Source: an uncultured Rhodospirillaceae bacterium (GTDB lineage Bacteria; Pseudomonadota; Alphaproteobacteria; MPNO01; UBA830). From it: a DNA stretch of 64,000 nucleotides. A program made the position numbers and the translations under genes. The notes below the pieces were generated by a model. It was not told where the DNA came from. It made no database searches and saw only the letters and a list, made by a program, of their open reading frames with translations. Positions 29,441 through 40,067 of this stretch are shown piece after piece. Numbering within the stretch: the stretch's first letter is position 1; every line of letters begins with the position of its first letter. The stretch is from the NCBI GenBank assembly GCA_963977005.1, contig CAXBMQ010000024.1:1050-65049 (forward strand). Reading direction: 5' to 3'.

Positions 29441-30402
29441 CCGAAGCGGCGATCGAAAAAGCGTCGACGGAGACCGTTATCCGTGCCGCCGAATTGCTGA
29501 GATCGGGAGAGCTTGTCGCGTTTCCGACCGAAACGGTGTACGGGCTCGGTGCCGACGCGACATCGGATGACGCCGTCGCCCGCATTTTCGATGTTAAAAA
29601 CCGTCCGACCTTCAATCCGCTGATCGTCCACGTAACGGATGCGGAGGCCGCTGGCGGTATCGTGATTTTCACCGAAACGGCGCGCCTTCTCGCGGATGCC
29701 TTCTGGCCGGGCCCGCTATCGATCGTTCTGTCGCGCAGTGAAACCTCGCCGGTTTCGCTGCTGGCAAGCGCCGGGCTCGACACCATCGCAATCCGCGTGC
29801 CCGACCAGCCGACGGCGCAGGCGATCCTCGCCGCCGGCGGCATCCCGATCGCCGCGCCGAGCGCCAATGCATCGGGCAGAATCAGTCCGACGGCAGCCGG
29901 GCACGTCGCCGCCTCGCTGGGCGATGCCGTTTCCCTGATCGTCGATGACGGCCCCTGCCCCATCGGCGTCGAATCCACAGTGGTCGATTGCACCGGCGAT
30001 ACACCGATCCTGCTTCGGCCCGGCGGTATTACGGTGGAACAGATCGAAGCCGTGACCGGCCCCATCGCGGCTGCCGGCGACAATAACACCCCCCCGTCAT
30101 CGCCCGGCATGCTTGAAAGCCACTACGCACCGGATGCCGGTCTCCGCCTGAACGCAACATCGATCAGGCGCGGCGAGGCCTTGCTATCCTTCGGCGAGCA
30201 CGACCTGACGGGTTTTTCGATGGAGCAGAATCTCAGCGTTTCCGGCGATTTGCGGGAAGCCGCCGCAAATCTGTTCGCCATGATGAGGATACTGGATACA
30301 TCCGCCGACGCCATTGCCGTCATGCCGATTCCGGCTCACGGGCTTGGCCGGGCGATCAACGACCGGTTGCGGCGCGCCGCGGCGCCGCGCGACGGAGCCT
30401 AG
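29437..30402 (+). CDS. tsaC: L-threonylcarbamoyladenylate synthase (Sua5 type)
   Basis: VAFPTETVYGLGADA, NPLIVH, APSAN, GVESTVV, SPGMLESHYAP; GTG start overlaps the cysQ stop. Confidence 0.93.
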   Translation: MTEAAIEKASTETVIRAAELLRSGELVAFPTETVYGLGADATSDDAVARIFDVKNRPTFNPLIVHVTDAEAAGGIVIFTETARLLADAFWPGPLSIVLSRSETSPVSLLASAGLDTIAIRVPDQPTAQAILAAGGIPIAAPSANASGRISPTAAGHVAASLGDAVSLIVDDGPCPIGVESTVVDCTGDTPILLRPGGITVEQIEAVTGPIAAAGDNNTPPSSPGMLESHYAPDAGLRLNATSIRRGEALLSFGEHDLTGFSMEQNLSVSGDLREAAANLFAMMRILDTSADAIAVMPIPAHGLGRAINDRLRRAAAPRDGA

Positions 30403-30487
30403 CCCAGCTTTACGTTGCCGCTTGACCCCATTACCGGATACCCTCACATGATCTATCCGTGGCCCCGGAATTCAGGAAACCCGTCCA

Positions 30488-31924
30488 ATGAATGCAACCG
30501 CCCTGCGCGAGATTGACCAGAGCATCCTCGACCGGATTCGAGCCGTCGTCGGCGATGCCGGCGTCATCACCGATGAAAATGACAAATCGCCGTTCCTGAA
30601 CGACGAACGCGGCTATTACACCGGCAGGTCCCCGATGATTGTCCGCCCGGCGACAACCGCAGAGGTATCGGAGGTCGTAAGTATCTGCAACGAAACCCGA
30701 ACTCCCATCGTGCCGCAGGGCGGCAATACCGGCCTGTGCGGCGGCGCGACGCCTTACGAACACGGTGGCGAGATCGTCATGTCGCTGACCCGCATGAACA
30801 GGGTCCGGGAGCTCGACGTGCTGAACTACGCGATCACGGTCGAAGCCGGCGTTATCCTGGCCGACGTCCAGAAAATAGCGGATGAAGCCGACCGTTACTT
30901 CCCCCTCAGCCTCGGCGGCGAAGGCACGGCACGCATCGGCGGCAACCTGTCGACCAATGCCGGCGGTACTGGCGTGCTGCGATACGGCCCCGCACGCGAT
31001 CTGTGCCTCGGTCTCGAAGCGGTGCTTCCCGACGGGCGCATCTGGAGCGGCCTGACGGGCCTGCGCAAGGACAACACCGGATACGATCTCAAACACCTCT
31101 TTATCGGCGCGGAGGGCACGCTCGGCATCATCACCGCGGCCTGCCTGAAACTGTTTCCGCGGCCGGCCGACATACAGACCTCATTCGTTGCCGTGAAGGA
31201 CGAACACGCCGCCGTCGAACTTCTGGCCCGCGCCCGCAGCATCACGGACGACCGTGTCGTTACGTTCGAATACATGCCGCGCGCAGCCATTCAGTTCGCC
31301 CTCGACCATATCGCCGACACCCGCGATCCGATGCAGACCGAATACCGGCACTACGTGATGATGGAACTGGCGGCAGGCGAAGGGTCTGCGGCAGGTCTTC
31401 GCGAGATGGTGGAAACGGTCCTCGGCGAGAGCATGGAAGACGGCGTCGTTCTCGATGCCGTCATCGCCGAGAGCGGCCAACAGGCGGCCGATTTCTGGCG
31501 CATTCGCGAAACGATTCCGGAAGCGCAAAAATTCGAAGGGGCGAGCTCGAAGCACGACATATCCGTCCCCGTCTCGAAAGTGGCCGATTTCCTGGTGGAC
31601 GCCATTGCCGACCTGAACCGGATGGTCCCGGGCATCCGGCCCTGCGCGTTCGGCCATGTCGGTGACGGCAACGTGCATTTCAATCTGTCGCGGCCGATCG
31701 ATATGTCGGACGACGATTTTCGTGCATTGGAACCCGAAATCCACACCGCGGTTTATGACCGTACAGTTGCCATGGGTGGATCGATAAGCGCCGAACACGG
31801 TATCGGCCGGCTTCGGCGCGGCGAACTTGAAACCTATAAATCGCCGGTGGCGCTGGATGTAATGCGCGCGATCAAGGCGGCGCTCGACCCCAACGGGATC
31901 ATGAACCCGGGCAAAGTACTCTAG
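30488..31924 (+). CDS. FAD-linked 2-hydroxyacid dehydrogenase (D-2-hydroxyglutarate dehydrogenase/GlcD family)
   Basis: PQGGNTGLCGG, LRKDNTGYDL, GAEGTLG, FGHVGDGNVH, SAEHGIG. Confidence 0.92.
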   Translation: MNATALREIDQSILDRIRAVVGDAGVITDENDKSPFLNDERGYYTGRSPMIVRPATTAEVSEVVSICNETRTPIVPQGGNTGLCGGATPYEHGGEIVMSLTRMNRVRELDVLNYAITVEAGVILADVQKIADEADRYFPLSLGGEGTARIGGNLSTNAGGTGVLRYGPARDLCLGLEAVLPDGRIWSGLTGLRKDNTGYDLKHLFIGAEGTLGIITAACLKLFPRPADIQTSFVAVKDEHAAVELLARARSITDDRVVTFEYMPRAAIQFALDHIADTRDPMQTEYRHYVMMELAAGEGSAAGLREMVETVLGESMEDGVVLDAVIAESGQQAADFWRIRETIPEAQKFEGASSKHDISVPVSKVADFLVDAIADLNRMVPGIRPCAFGHVGDGNVHFNLSRPIDMSDDDFRALEPEIHTAVYDRTVAMGGSISAEHGIGRLRRGELETYKSPVALDVMRAIKAALDPNGIMNPGKVL

Positions 31925-31934
31925 GAGAACAGAG

Positions 31935-33692
31935 ATGGCTGAATACACCGCACCGCTGCGCGATATGCAGTTCGTGATCGAGGAACTGGTCGGACTGGAA
32001 GATATCGCCGCGCTGCCCGGCTACGAACACGCGACGCCGGACGTCGTTCACGCCATTCTGGAAGAAGCCAACAAGATGGCGCGCGATGTCCTGTCGCCGA
32101 TCAACCGGGCCGGCGATCTTGAAGGCTCGCGGCTTGAAAACGGCGTTGTCATAACACCGACCGGGTTCAAAGAGGCCTATCACGCCTATGTGGACGGCGG
32201 CTGGAACGGCCTTCAGTTCGATGAGGATATCGGCGGCCAGGGGTTGCCGATGCTGATCGCCACCCCGGTCTTCGAGATGTGGGACGCGGCGAATCTGGCC
32301 TTCATGCTGTGCCCGGTTTTGACCATCGCGGCGGTTGAATGCCTTGAAAAATTCGGCACCGCGCAGCAGAAAGAAAAATGGATGCCAAAACTGGTGACCG
32401 GCGAATGGACCGGCACCATGGTCCTGACAGAGGCCAGCGCCGGTTCCGATGTCGGCTCGCTGCGCACCCGCGCTGTCCCCGAAGACGGCCACTACCGGAT
32501 TACCGGCCAGAAGATATTTACGACATGGGGCGAGCACGACTTTACCGAAAATATCGTTCACATGGTGCTGGCACGGACGCCCGACGCCCCTCCGGGCACT
32601 CGTGGCATTTCGCTGTTCATCGTGCCGAAGTTTCTCGTCAATGACGACGGATCGCTTGGCCAGCGTAACGACCTGAGGGCAATGTCGCTCGAACACAAGC
32701 TGGGTATCCATGGCAGCCCTACCTGTGTCATGCAGTTCGGCGAGAACGACGGCGCGATCGGCTATCTCGTCGGCGAGGAATGCCGCGGCATGGAATACAT
32801 GTTCGCCATGATGAACTCGGCCCGCCTCGCCGTTGGCCGCGAGGGCGTCGGCATCGGCGAGCGCGCCTACCAGCAGGCAGCGGAATATGCCCGCGAGCGG
32901 GTGCAGGGCAAGGATATCGCAAACCCGGTCCTGAGCGAGGTACCGATTATTCATCATCCCGATGTCCGGCGGAACCTGATGACCATGCGAGCCCTGACCG
33001 AGGCGACACGGGCGCTCGGCTATTACGTCGCCGCCAAGCAGGATGTCGTGCGCAAACACCCGGACAGCGACGTAAAGGCTGCTGCGCAGGCGCGGATCGA
33101 TCTTCTGGTACCCATCGTCAAGGCCTGGTCGACAGATTGCGGCGTGGAGATCGCGTCGCTCGGCGTCCAGATTCACGGCGGCGCGGGTTTTATCGAGGAA
33201 ACAGGCGCCGCCCAGCATTACCGCGACTGCCGGATCACGCCGATCTACGAAGGGACGAACGGCATCCAGGCGATCGACCTTGTCGGCCGTAAAATTTTGC
33301 GCGACCGGGGCGAAGCGCTCCAGCAGCTGATTGACGAAATCCGCGATACCGAGATCGAGGATTCCCTGATTGCGGACGCCATCTGGTCCGCACTCGATGC
33401 ACTGAAAGTCACCACCGACTGGATGCTGGCCGACCCGGGCGATGACCCCCGGATCGTGATGGCCGGCGCGACGCCGTATCTCCGCGCGCTGGGACTTATC
33501 ACCGGCGGGTGGCTTATGGCCAAGGCGGCCAATATCGCCTCGTCTGCCAAAGGCGACGACGACTTTTACAGGGCGAAACGGGCAACCGCGCGGTTTTACG
33601 CGGCGAATCTGTTACCCCAGGTGGCCGGATACGCCCATGCCGCCAGAGCCGGCGCCGACGACATTATGGCCATATCCGCAGACGCTTTCTGA
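31935..33692 (+). CDS. Acyl-CoA dehydrogenase (DmdC-like long form)
   Basis: GTMVLTE...GSDVG, WGEHD, EHKLGIHGSPTC, IYEGTNGIQAIDL. Confidence 0.9.
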   Translation: MAEYTAPLRDMQFVIEELVGLEDIAALPGYEHATPDVVHAILEEANKMARDVLSPINRAGDLEGSRLENGVVITPTGFKEAYHAYVDGGWNGLQFDEDIGGQGLPMLIATPVFEMWDAANLAFMLCPVLTIAAVECLEKFGTAQQKEKWMPKLVTGEWTGTMVLTEASAGSDVGSLRTRAVPEDGHYRITGQKIFTTWGEHDFTENIVHMVLARTPDAPPGTRGISLFIVPKFLVNDDGSLGQRNDLRAMSLEHKLGIHGSPTCVMQFGENDGAIGYLVGEECRGMEYMFAMMNSARLAVGREGVGIGERAYQQAAEYARERVQGKDIANPVLSEVPIIHHPDVRRNLMTMRALTEATRALGYYVAAKQDVVRKHPDSDVKAAAQARIDLLVPIVKAWSTDCGVEIASLGVQIHGGAGFIEETGAAQHYRDCRITPIYEGTNGIQAIDLVGRKILRDRGEALQQLIDEIRDTEIEDSLIADAIWSALDALKVTTDWMLADPGDDPRIVMAGATPYLRALGLITGGWLMAKAANIASSAKGDDDFYRAKRATARFYAANLLPQVAGYAHAARAGADDIMAISADAF

Positions 33693-33795
33693 TTCGGTCG
33701 AATCCGCTTGCAACGGACGGTCAAAGGCGCGATAAGGCGCGACTTTTTTACCAACCCAAACCGGGTGCGGATGCACCTGCGAGGAGGCCCGATGG

Positions 33796-34287
33796 ATGGA
33801 CAAATCCGCATTGTTGACTGAGTCGGTTTCGGCGGCAGGTGCCGTTGGCGAATCTCTTATACAGGGATCAGCAAGCGCCCACGCGCACATGCACCCGCAA
33901 CCCGCCAACGATGTGCGGGATTTTCTCATCCACAAGGACGGCAAGACCTACGCAGGCGCCCATCTTCTTGTCGATTTCTGGGGCGGCTCGCGCCTGAACG
34001 ACGCGGACCTGATGGCCGACGCCCTGCGGGAAGCCGCAGAGGCATCGGACGCGACCGTCCTGCATGTTCATGTCCACGAATTCGGCGGCGAAGGGGGGGT
34101 TTCCGGCGTCGCCATCCTCGCCGAAAGCCATATCAGCGTCCATACCTGGCCGGAAATGGACTACGCTGCATTCGACGTATTCATGTGCGGCGACTGCCGG
34201 CCGGAACTGGCCGTCAAGGTGCTCGAACGATATTTCGCGCCAACCCGCGCTGAAGTCAGCGAACAAAAGCGGGGGCTGGTGGAGTGA
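33796..34287 (+). CDS. speD: S-adenosylmethionine decarboxylase proenzyme
   Basis: LAESHISVHTWPE autocleavage motif, DVFMCG; GAGGAGG RBS. Confidence 0.95.
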   Translation: MDKSALLTESVSAAGAVGESLIQGSASAHAHMHPQPANDVRDFLIHKDGKTYAGAHLLVDFWGGSRLNDADLMADALREAAEASDATVLHVHVHEFGGEGGVSGVAILAESHISVHTWPEMDYAAFDVFMCGDCRPELAVKVLERYFAPTRAEVSEQKRGLVE

Positions 34288-35135
34288 TCGACGCGACGGA
34301 GACATGGTTTTCCGAAACGCTTCACCCGGGCTTTCAGCAGCGTTTCGAGATCTCGAAAATTCTGTTCCGGTCGCAGACGGAACTGCAGGACCTGGTCATA
34401 TTCCAGAACCCCTATTTCGGGCGCATCCTCGCACTCGACGGCGTGATTCAGACAACGGAGCGGGACGAACCCTGCTATCACGAGATGCTTGCCCATGTGC
34501 CGATCCTGTCGCATGGCAAAGCAACCGAAGTGCTTATAATCGGTGGCGGCGACGGTGGCGCACTGCGCGATGTGCTAAAGCACAGGACCGTCGAGCGCGC
34601 GACCATGGTCGAGATAGACCGCAGCGTGGTCGATATGTGCGCCGAATATATGCCGAGCCTGAGCGACGGCGCATTCGACGATCCGCGCGCCGATATCGTG
34701 ATCGCCGACGGCGTCAAATTCGTGAAGGAATCGGATCGTCGTTTCGATGTCATTATCATCGACTCCACGGACCCGATCGGCCCGGCAATTCCGCTGTTTT
34801 CCGATGATTTCTATGCAGATTGCCGCAACATCCTGACCGATGACGGCATTGTGGTCTGTCAGTCAGGTGTCGGCTTCGTCCAGCCGGACGAGGCGCGGGA
34901 GACCTATCAGCGCCTTGCCCGCCTCTTTGACGATGCCGCCCTGTATCTGACACAGGTGCCGACATATGCATTCGGGTACATGACGCTGGGATGGGGCGCA
35001 AAATCGGACAGGGCGCGAAAGACGGATGCGCAGACGATTCGGAACCGCTTCGATGCCGCCGGGATAGCAACCCGGTACTATACGCCCGGCATTCATGGGG
35101 GTTGTTTTAACCTGCCGGCCTATATGGAACTCTGA
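34284..35135 (+). CDS. speE: Spermidine synthase
   Basis: LDGVIQTTERDE, YHEMLAH, IIGGGDGG, IIDSTDPIGP; GTGA overlap with speD. Confidence 0.95.
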   Translation: MIDATETWFSETLHPGFQQRFEISKILFRSQTELQDLVIFQNPYFGRILALDGVIQTTERDEPCYHEMLAHVPILSHGKATEVLIIGGGDGGALRDVLKHRTVERATMVEIDRSVVDMCAEYMPSLSDGAFDDPRADIVIADGVKFVKESDRRFDVIIIDSTDPIGPAIPLFSDDFYADCRNILTDDGIVVCQSGVGFVQPDEARETYQRLARLFDDAALYLTQVPTYAFGYMTLGWGAKSDRARKTDAQTIRNRFDAAGIATRYYTPGIHGGCFNLPAYMEL

Positions 35136-35160
35136 CGATCAGTTTCGGCGTCGATGCGGG

Positions 35161-35664
35161 TCAGCGCGACCGCGCGCCGAAAACGACGACCCAGTAGTGA
35201 TTATACCGCGGCCTTTTGTCCTCGCCGGACGGCACCGCATAGCCGATGCCGGCGTCGAGATAGTCCCGGTCGAGCATGTTGTCCCGGTGACCGGGACTGG
35301 TCATCCACGATTCCACCGTGCGCTCGGGAGATGACAGGCCCGCCGCCAGGTTCTCGGCGATCACCCGCCAGGGATATCCCGCCGCGGCAATCCGGTCCTG
35401 GAGACCGCGACCGTCGGGCGAGCGGTGATCGACGAAATCGCGGCGCGACATGTCCTCGGCGTGTTTCTGGGCCGCATCGGCAAGTCGGGCATTCAGGGTC
35501 AACTGCCCGGCGCCATTCATTGCGCGTTGCAGATTGACGTGTTTCAGGACCCGCTCAACGATGCGTCCGCGTTCCTGTTCGGTGACTTGATCGGCAGAAG
35601 CAGGCTGCGCCGCGGCGAAGATCAGCGCCACGAGAAAAGCCGTAAAAACGCGGTCAGGCCGCAC
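35161..35664 (-). CDS. CAP/SCP domain secreted protein
   Basis: AAQKHAEDM, AENLAAG, WMTSPGHRDNML, YWVVVFG; GTG start overlaps the ligase stop. Confidence 0.88.
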   Translation of the reverse strand: MRPDRVFTAFLVALIFAAAQPASADQVTEQERGRIVERVLKHVNLQRAMNGAGQLTLNARLADAAQKHAEDMSRRDFVDHRSPDGRGLQDRIAAAGYPWRVIAENLAAGLSSPERTVESWMTSPGHRDNMLDRDYLDAGIGYAVPSGEDKRPRYNHYWVVVFGARSR

Positions 35665-37222
35665 TCTCGTCCTCGCGGGCGATTTCAACCGCCTGGGCTT
35701 CGAGCGCACGGCGGTCGATCTTGTTTGTGCCGCTCAGCGGCAGCGCATCGACGAAGAATATACGCCGGGGATGCGCATAAACCGGGCCGTTTTTAAGCGC
35801 AAACTGCTTGATCGCCTCTTCATCCGCTTCAGCACCGTCGCGTTTGACGATCCAGGCGAAGGGCACATGTGCCTTGAGTGTGTTGGGTGCCGGCACCACA
35901 ACGGCCTGCATGACGTCTTCATGGCGCTCGAGCATGGCTTCGACGTCGCCGGGGTAGATGTTCTCGCCGGCACAGACAAACATATCATCCGCACGGTCGA
36001 CGAAGAAATACCAGCCGTTCTCGTCACGCCGCAGAATGTCTCCGGTATCCATCCAGCCATCGTCCGACAACGCCTTTTTCGTGGCATCGGGCAGGTTGTG
36101 GTAGCCCTTCATCACGCCCGGGCTTTTTACGTGGAGCACACCCTGGCTGTCGTCGTCGCCGCCGACCAGTTTGATCTCGACCCCGTCGATCGGAAAGCCA
36201 ACGGATGTGCGCGGACGGGGCAAACCGTCCGGGTGGGTCCAGGCGAACAGAATCGGGCCACCCTCGGTAATACCGTAATTCAGGTTGAGCCTGGCATCCG
36301 GGAACCGGGCGGCAAGATTGTCGAGCAGATTGTCCGAGGCGGGCGCCGAACCCATCGAGCAGTTCCGTACCGACGACAGGTCGGTTTCGTCGAGCAATGC
36401 CTCTTCCTGCAGGATCAGGGCGTACATCGTCGGCACGCCGGTCAGCATGGTGAGCTTGTAGCGTTCGATCGCCCTGATGTATTCCTTCGCATCGAAGCGG
36501 GAGAAAATCACGATCCGGCCGCCAGCGGACAGCGCCGACTTGACGGCGAGCAATGCATTCTTGTGATACAGCGGCGCCGAAATAACGGAACAATCGTCAG
36601 CGCGAATGTCGCGGCTTTCAACGATCTTACCGATCATCCAGACCTGTCCGTGATGATCGAGCAACACGCCCTTCGGCTTGCCGGTAGAGCCTGACGTATA
36701 GGGTTGTTCGGCGATATCGTCGCCACCGGCAAAAAATGACGGGAACGGCGCGTCGGAATGGATGACGAAATCCCGGTAGGCGTCGCTGCTGCCATGCCCC
36801 GCACCGCCGCCTGCAAGTTCGGCGGCACTCGGGAACGTCAGCGTGCGAACGCCGTCGGGCACCCGTTCGGCCTGGTTCGGGTCGGCAAAAACCGCCTTCA
36901 TGTCGGCATCCCGCACGATATATTCAACCGTCTCGTCGGGCAGTTTGACGTTGATCATCACCGGCACGCATCCGGCGCGCATTGCGCCAAACAGTACCTC
37001 AAGAAATTCGACGCTGTTCAGCGCCAGAATGCCGACCCGGTCGCCGGGTTCCATGCCGGCGACCAGCAACCCGTTCGCAACGGCGTCGCACGCAGCGTTG
37101 AAATCGCGGTAGGAAAATTCCCGCGGATTGGCCGTGTCGTAGAGATCCACGACAGCGACCTGATCCGAATGGGCATGAGCGATGAAAACATCGCCGAGAT
37201 TTCCAGATTCCGAAGGGTTCAT
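35654..37222 (-). CDS. AMP-dependent acyl-CoA ligase
   Basis: YTSGSTGKPKGV, YGITE, TGD, GENIYP, GTNKIDR. Confidence 0.9.
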   Translation of the reverse strand: MNPSESGNLGDVFIAHAHSDQVAVVDLYDTANPREFSYRDFNAACDAVANGLLVAGMEPGDRVGILALNSVEFLEVLFGAMRAGCVPVMINVKLPDETVEYIVRDADMKAVFADPNQAERVPDGVRTLTFPSAAELAGGGAGHGSSDAYRDFVIHSDAPFPSFFAGGDDIAEQPYTSGSTGKPKGVLLDHHGQVWMIGKIVESRDIRADDCSVISAPLYHKNALLAVKSALSAGGRIVIFSRFDAKEYIRAIERYKLTMLTGVPTMYALILQEEALLDETDLSSVRNCSMGSAPASDNLLDNLAARFPDARLNLNYGITEGGPILFAWTHPDGLPRPRTSVGFPIDGVEIKLVGGDDDSQGVLHVKSPGVMKGYHNLPDATKKALSDDGWMDTGDILRRDENGWYFFVDRADDMFVCAGENIYPGDVEAMLERHEDVMQAVVVPAPNTLKAHVPFAWIVKRDGAEADEEAIKQFALKNGPVYAHPRRIFFVDALPLSGTNKIDRRALEAQAVEIAREDESAA

Positions 37223-37235
37223 TTCCGCAGCCCCG

Positions 37236-38243
37236 CTACGGCGTGATGACGATCTTGCCGATCACTTCGCGGTCGCGAAGCTGGCGAACCCCCTCGGCCG
37301 TCTGCTCGAGCGGCAGCACCGTATCGATCACCGGCTTCAGCTTGCCGTCGGCGATCAGCTGCATCAGGGTTTCGAGATCCTCGATGGCCCAGGAGTTCGA
37401 CCCGAGTATCTTGAGTTCGAAGGTCCAGACATAGCGCAGGTCTTCCGTCGGATCGAAACCCGCGGTCGCACCGCAGGTCAGGATTTTGCCGCCGCGCTTG
37501 GTGGCCTTGAGCGAAGGCACCCATGTGTCGCCCCCGGTGAAGTTGATCACGACGTCGACGCCGCCTTCGTATTTACGACGATGGGGCTTGCCGTAGATCC
37601 CGTAGATCTGTTTTTCGAAATCGGTGTAGTCGATCACGTGATCCGCGCCCCAGGTCTTCAGCGCCTCAAGCTTGTCGGGGCTGGAACCCGCCGCGACAAC
37701 CTCGCAGCCCATCATCTTGGCGAGCAGCACGCAGCACGAGCCGACACCGCCGGACGCACCGAGGATCAGCACCTTTTCGCCGCCCTTCATGCCACCGTTG
37801 GTGATCATCATCCGGTGCGCCGTGCCATAGGCGACCGGCAACGCCGCCGCCTGCTCGTAGGAGCATCCTTCGGGAATTCTGATCAGCCGCGTGGCATCGA
37901 CCGCACAGAGTTCCGCCGTGCCGCCATCCAGCATCTCTCCCATCAGGCCTTTTTCCGGCGTCACGGGGTCCAGCGGATTGACCAGCACGCGGTCACCGAC
38001 CGACCAGCCTTCGACGCCTGCCCCGATTTCCTTGATCTCGCCCGAAATATCGAGCCCGATCACGATCGGCAGCGGCACCTTGATGCCGGGCATCCCCTTG
38101 GTCGTGAATACGTCGTGATAGTTCAGCGATGTCGCGCCGACGCGAATGATAACCTGGCCCTCACCGCATTCCGGATCGGCATAGTCTTCGTGATATGTGA
38201 GATTTTCAATATCACCGTGTTCGTGCAGAACAACTGCGCGCAC
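37236..38243 (-). CDS. MDR-family NAD(P)H oxidoreductase (quinone oxidoreductase-like)
   Basis: SLNYHD, LILGASGGVG, TCGATAG, IGKIVI; no catalytic-Zn GHE motif; GTG start after GGGAG. Confidence 0.85.
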   Translation of the reverse strand: MRAVVLHEHGDIENLTYHEDYADPECGEGQVIIRVGATSLNYHDVFTTKGMPGIKVPLPIVIGLDISGEIKEIGAGVEGWSVGDRVLVNPLDPVTPEKGLMGEMLDGGTAELCAVDATRLIRIPEGCSYEQAAALPVAYGTAHRMMITNGGMKGGEKVLILGASGGVGSCCVLLAKMMGCEVVAAGSSPDKLEALKTWGADHVIDYTDFEKQIYGIYGKPHRRKYEGGVDVVINFTGGDTWVPSLKATKRGGKILTCGATAGFDPTEDLRYVWTFELKILGSNSWAIEDLETLMQLIADGKLKPVIDTVLPLEQTAEGVRQLRDREVIGKIVITP

Positions 38244-38330
38244 TTTAATTCTCCCTTTTTGACGCAATGCGTGTCCCGCCATTGGCGGGAAATCCCGTTA
38301 CGGCGGAGTAACGCGTTTAAGCTGCCGCCG

Positions 38331-38861
38331 TCAAGCGATGGCGGCAGCGGCTTCCTGATAGACTTTGACCACGTTGGGCCCGAGTTTGACGGAATTTCCG
38401 CCATAAACATGCACCGATACCGCGGCCTTGTCGGTCGGGTTGTGCATGCAGTGTATATCGCCCCCGCCGACAGGCAAATGCGCAACGGCGCCCGGCAGGT
38501 GTTCTATTGTCTCCACCGGAACCGCATCCTTGCAGGACGGATCGTCCGATACCGCCCGATACCGGGTTTCCTGGATCACACCCTCAAAAACACCGAACGT
38601 GCACCAGGTCTTGTGATCGTGGATCGGCGAGACAATACCGGCGGGCCAGACGGCGGCGATGATCGAAAAATCGTCTTTCGGGCAAAGGAACACATCGTGG
38701 CGACCATACCCCTCGGACGGGCACGCCTTGTGTTCTGCAGACAGCAAATTCCGATCCATCAGAATTTCCGGCAGATAACTGGCAATCAGACCCGGTACGT
38801 CCTCAACCGGATTTTCCGCCACCAGGCGTCCGACCTTTTTGCAAAACTGACTGAGTTCCAT
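38331..38861 (-). CDS. Cysteine/thiol dioxygenase family (cupin)
   Basis: YGRH, WPAGIVSPIHDH, DIH, SVHVYG (3-His and Ser-His-Tyr motifs). Confidence 0.85.
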   Translation of the reverse strand: MELSQFCKKVGRLVAENPVEDVPGLIASYLPEILMDRNLLSAEHKACPSEGYGRHDVFLCPKDDFSIIAAVWPAGIVSPIHDHKTWCTFGVFEGVIQETRYRAVSDDPSCKDAVPVETIEHLPGAVAHLPVGGGDIHCMHNPTDKAAVSVHVYGGNSVKLGPNVVKVYQEAAAAIA

Positions 38862-39014
38862 ATCTCGATAGCCTTTTCCTGGGGATATTAACCCTGAAAC
38901 ATCTGCCAAACAGTTTACGGATTACCGACGGCAAGTGTTTTTAAACTTTCCACGTGATTCGGCGTATTGAGCATGGTATTCTAAATTACGATGAAGACTG
39001 GGGATTATTTTATC

Positions 39015-39473
39015 ATGAATGCGATCGACAAGAAAATTCTGAATATCTTGCAGGAAGATACGACCCTTGCGGTCGCCGATATCGCCAAAAAGGTGGGCCT
39101 GTCGACGACCCCCTGCTGGCGGCGCATTCAGAAGCTCGAAACCGCGGGCGTTATCAGGTCGCGGGTCGCCCTGCTGGATGCCGACAAGCTCAACGCGGGC
39201 GTGACGGTTTTCGTCTCCATCCGAACCGACAAACACGACGCCGCCTGGTATCAGGAATTTTCACGCACCGTGAACGCGTTCTCCGAAGTCGTCGAGTTCT
39301 ATAGGATGTCGGGCGATATCGACTATCTCTTGCGCGTTGTCGTGCCCGATATCGGCGCTTTCGACCGCTTTTATCAGCGGCTTATCGCCGAGGTGGAGCT
39401 TTACGACGTCAGTTCGTCTTTTTCGATGGAACAGATCAAGTATACGACGGCGCTGCCGCTCGACTACGTCTGA
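39015..39473 (+). CDS. Lrp/AsnC regulator, DecR/YbaO-like
   Basis: VGLSTTPCWRRIQKLE, EFYRMSGDIDYLLRVVV, FSMEQIKYTTALP. Confidence 0.9.
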   Translation: MNAIDKKILNILQEDTTLAVADIAKKVGLSTTPCWRRIQKLETAGVIRSRVALLDADKLNAGVTVFVSIRTDKHDAAWYQEFSRTVNAFSEVVEFYRMSGDIDYLLRVVVPDIGAFDRFYQRLIAEVELYDVSSSFSMEQIKYTTALPLDYV

Positions 39474-40009
39474 CCCGCCCCGTCCATCTCGGCGACGTGA
39501 CGGGCAAGGTCGAATACATGCGGATCGTCCGCGCCCATCTGCGCCAGCGCGCGCGCCAGTTCCACGACGTATTCGGTATTGGGTCCCGAGGGTCCTTTGC
39601 TCGACCGCACCTGCGCCGCGATTTCCGGCAACGGTGCATCGCCGAGCCAGTTGGGGTTGCCCGGCGTCGCGATATAGATCAGCCCGTCGGCAGGGCGCTG
39701 ACCGGTACCGGGAAACGCCATCTCCGTCTCATGCAGCGAATAGCCTCCCTTTTCGCGATAATCGAGGTGCCGAATTACCTCGTCCCGGCTTTGGGCCGAA
39801 ACAAGATAGGCGCGCCCCCAGCAAACAGCTGAGGGATCCTCGATCAGCGTCACCACCCGCCCCGGCGCCCCCGGCACACCGCGATGATCGGTCGATCCCT
39901 GCCAGAACCGTCTTCCCCATCCGGCAATCGTCGCAACGCGGTCTTCCTCGAACGGGAAATCGGGCCGCCAGACGAGCGAACCGTAGCCGAAGACCCAGAC
40001 ATCGCTCAT
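39464..40009 (-). CDS. ChaC-family glutathione-specific gamma-glutamylcyclotransferase
   Basis: WVFGYGSLVW, QGSTDHRG...PGRVVTL, LDYREKGGY, GPSGPNTEY. Confidence 0.92.
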   Translation of the reverse strand: MSDVWVFGYGSLVWRPDFPFEEDRVATIAGWGRRFWQGSTDHRGVPGAPGRVVTLIEDPSAVCWGRAYLVSAQSRDEVIRHLDYREKGGYSLHETEMAFPGTGQRPADGLIYIATPGNPNWLGDAPLPEIAAQVRSSKGPSGPNTEYVVELARALAQMGADDPHVFDLARHVAEMDGAGQT

Positions 40010-40067
40010 GCCGCGCACCTCATCCGGCCGGTTGCCTCGCGGAACAAGAATATGATGTCTGCGGACG

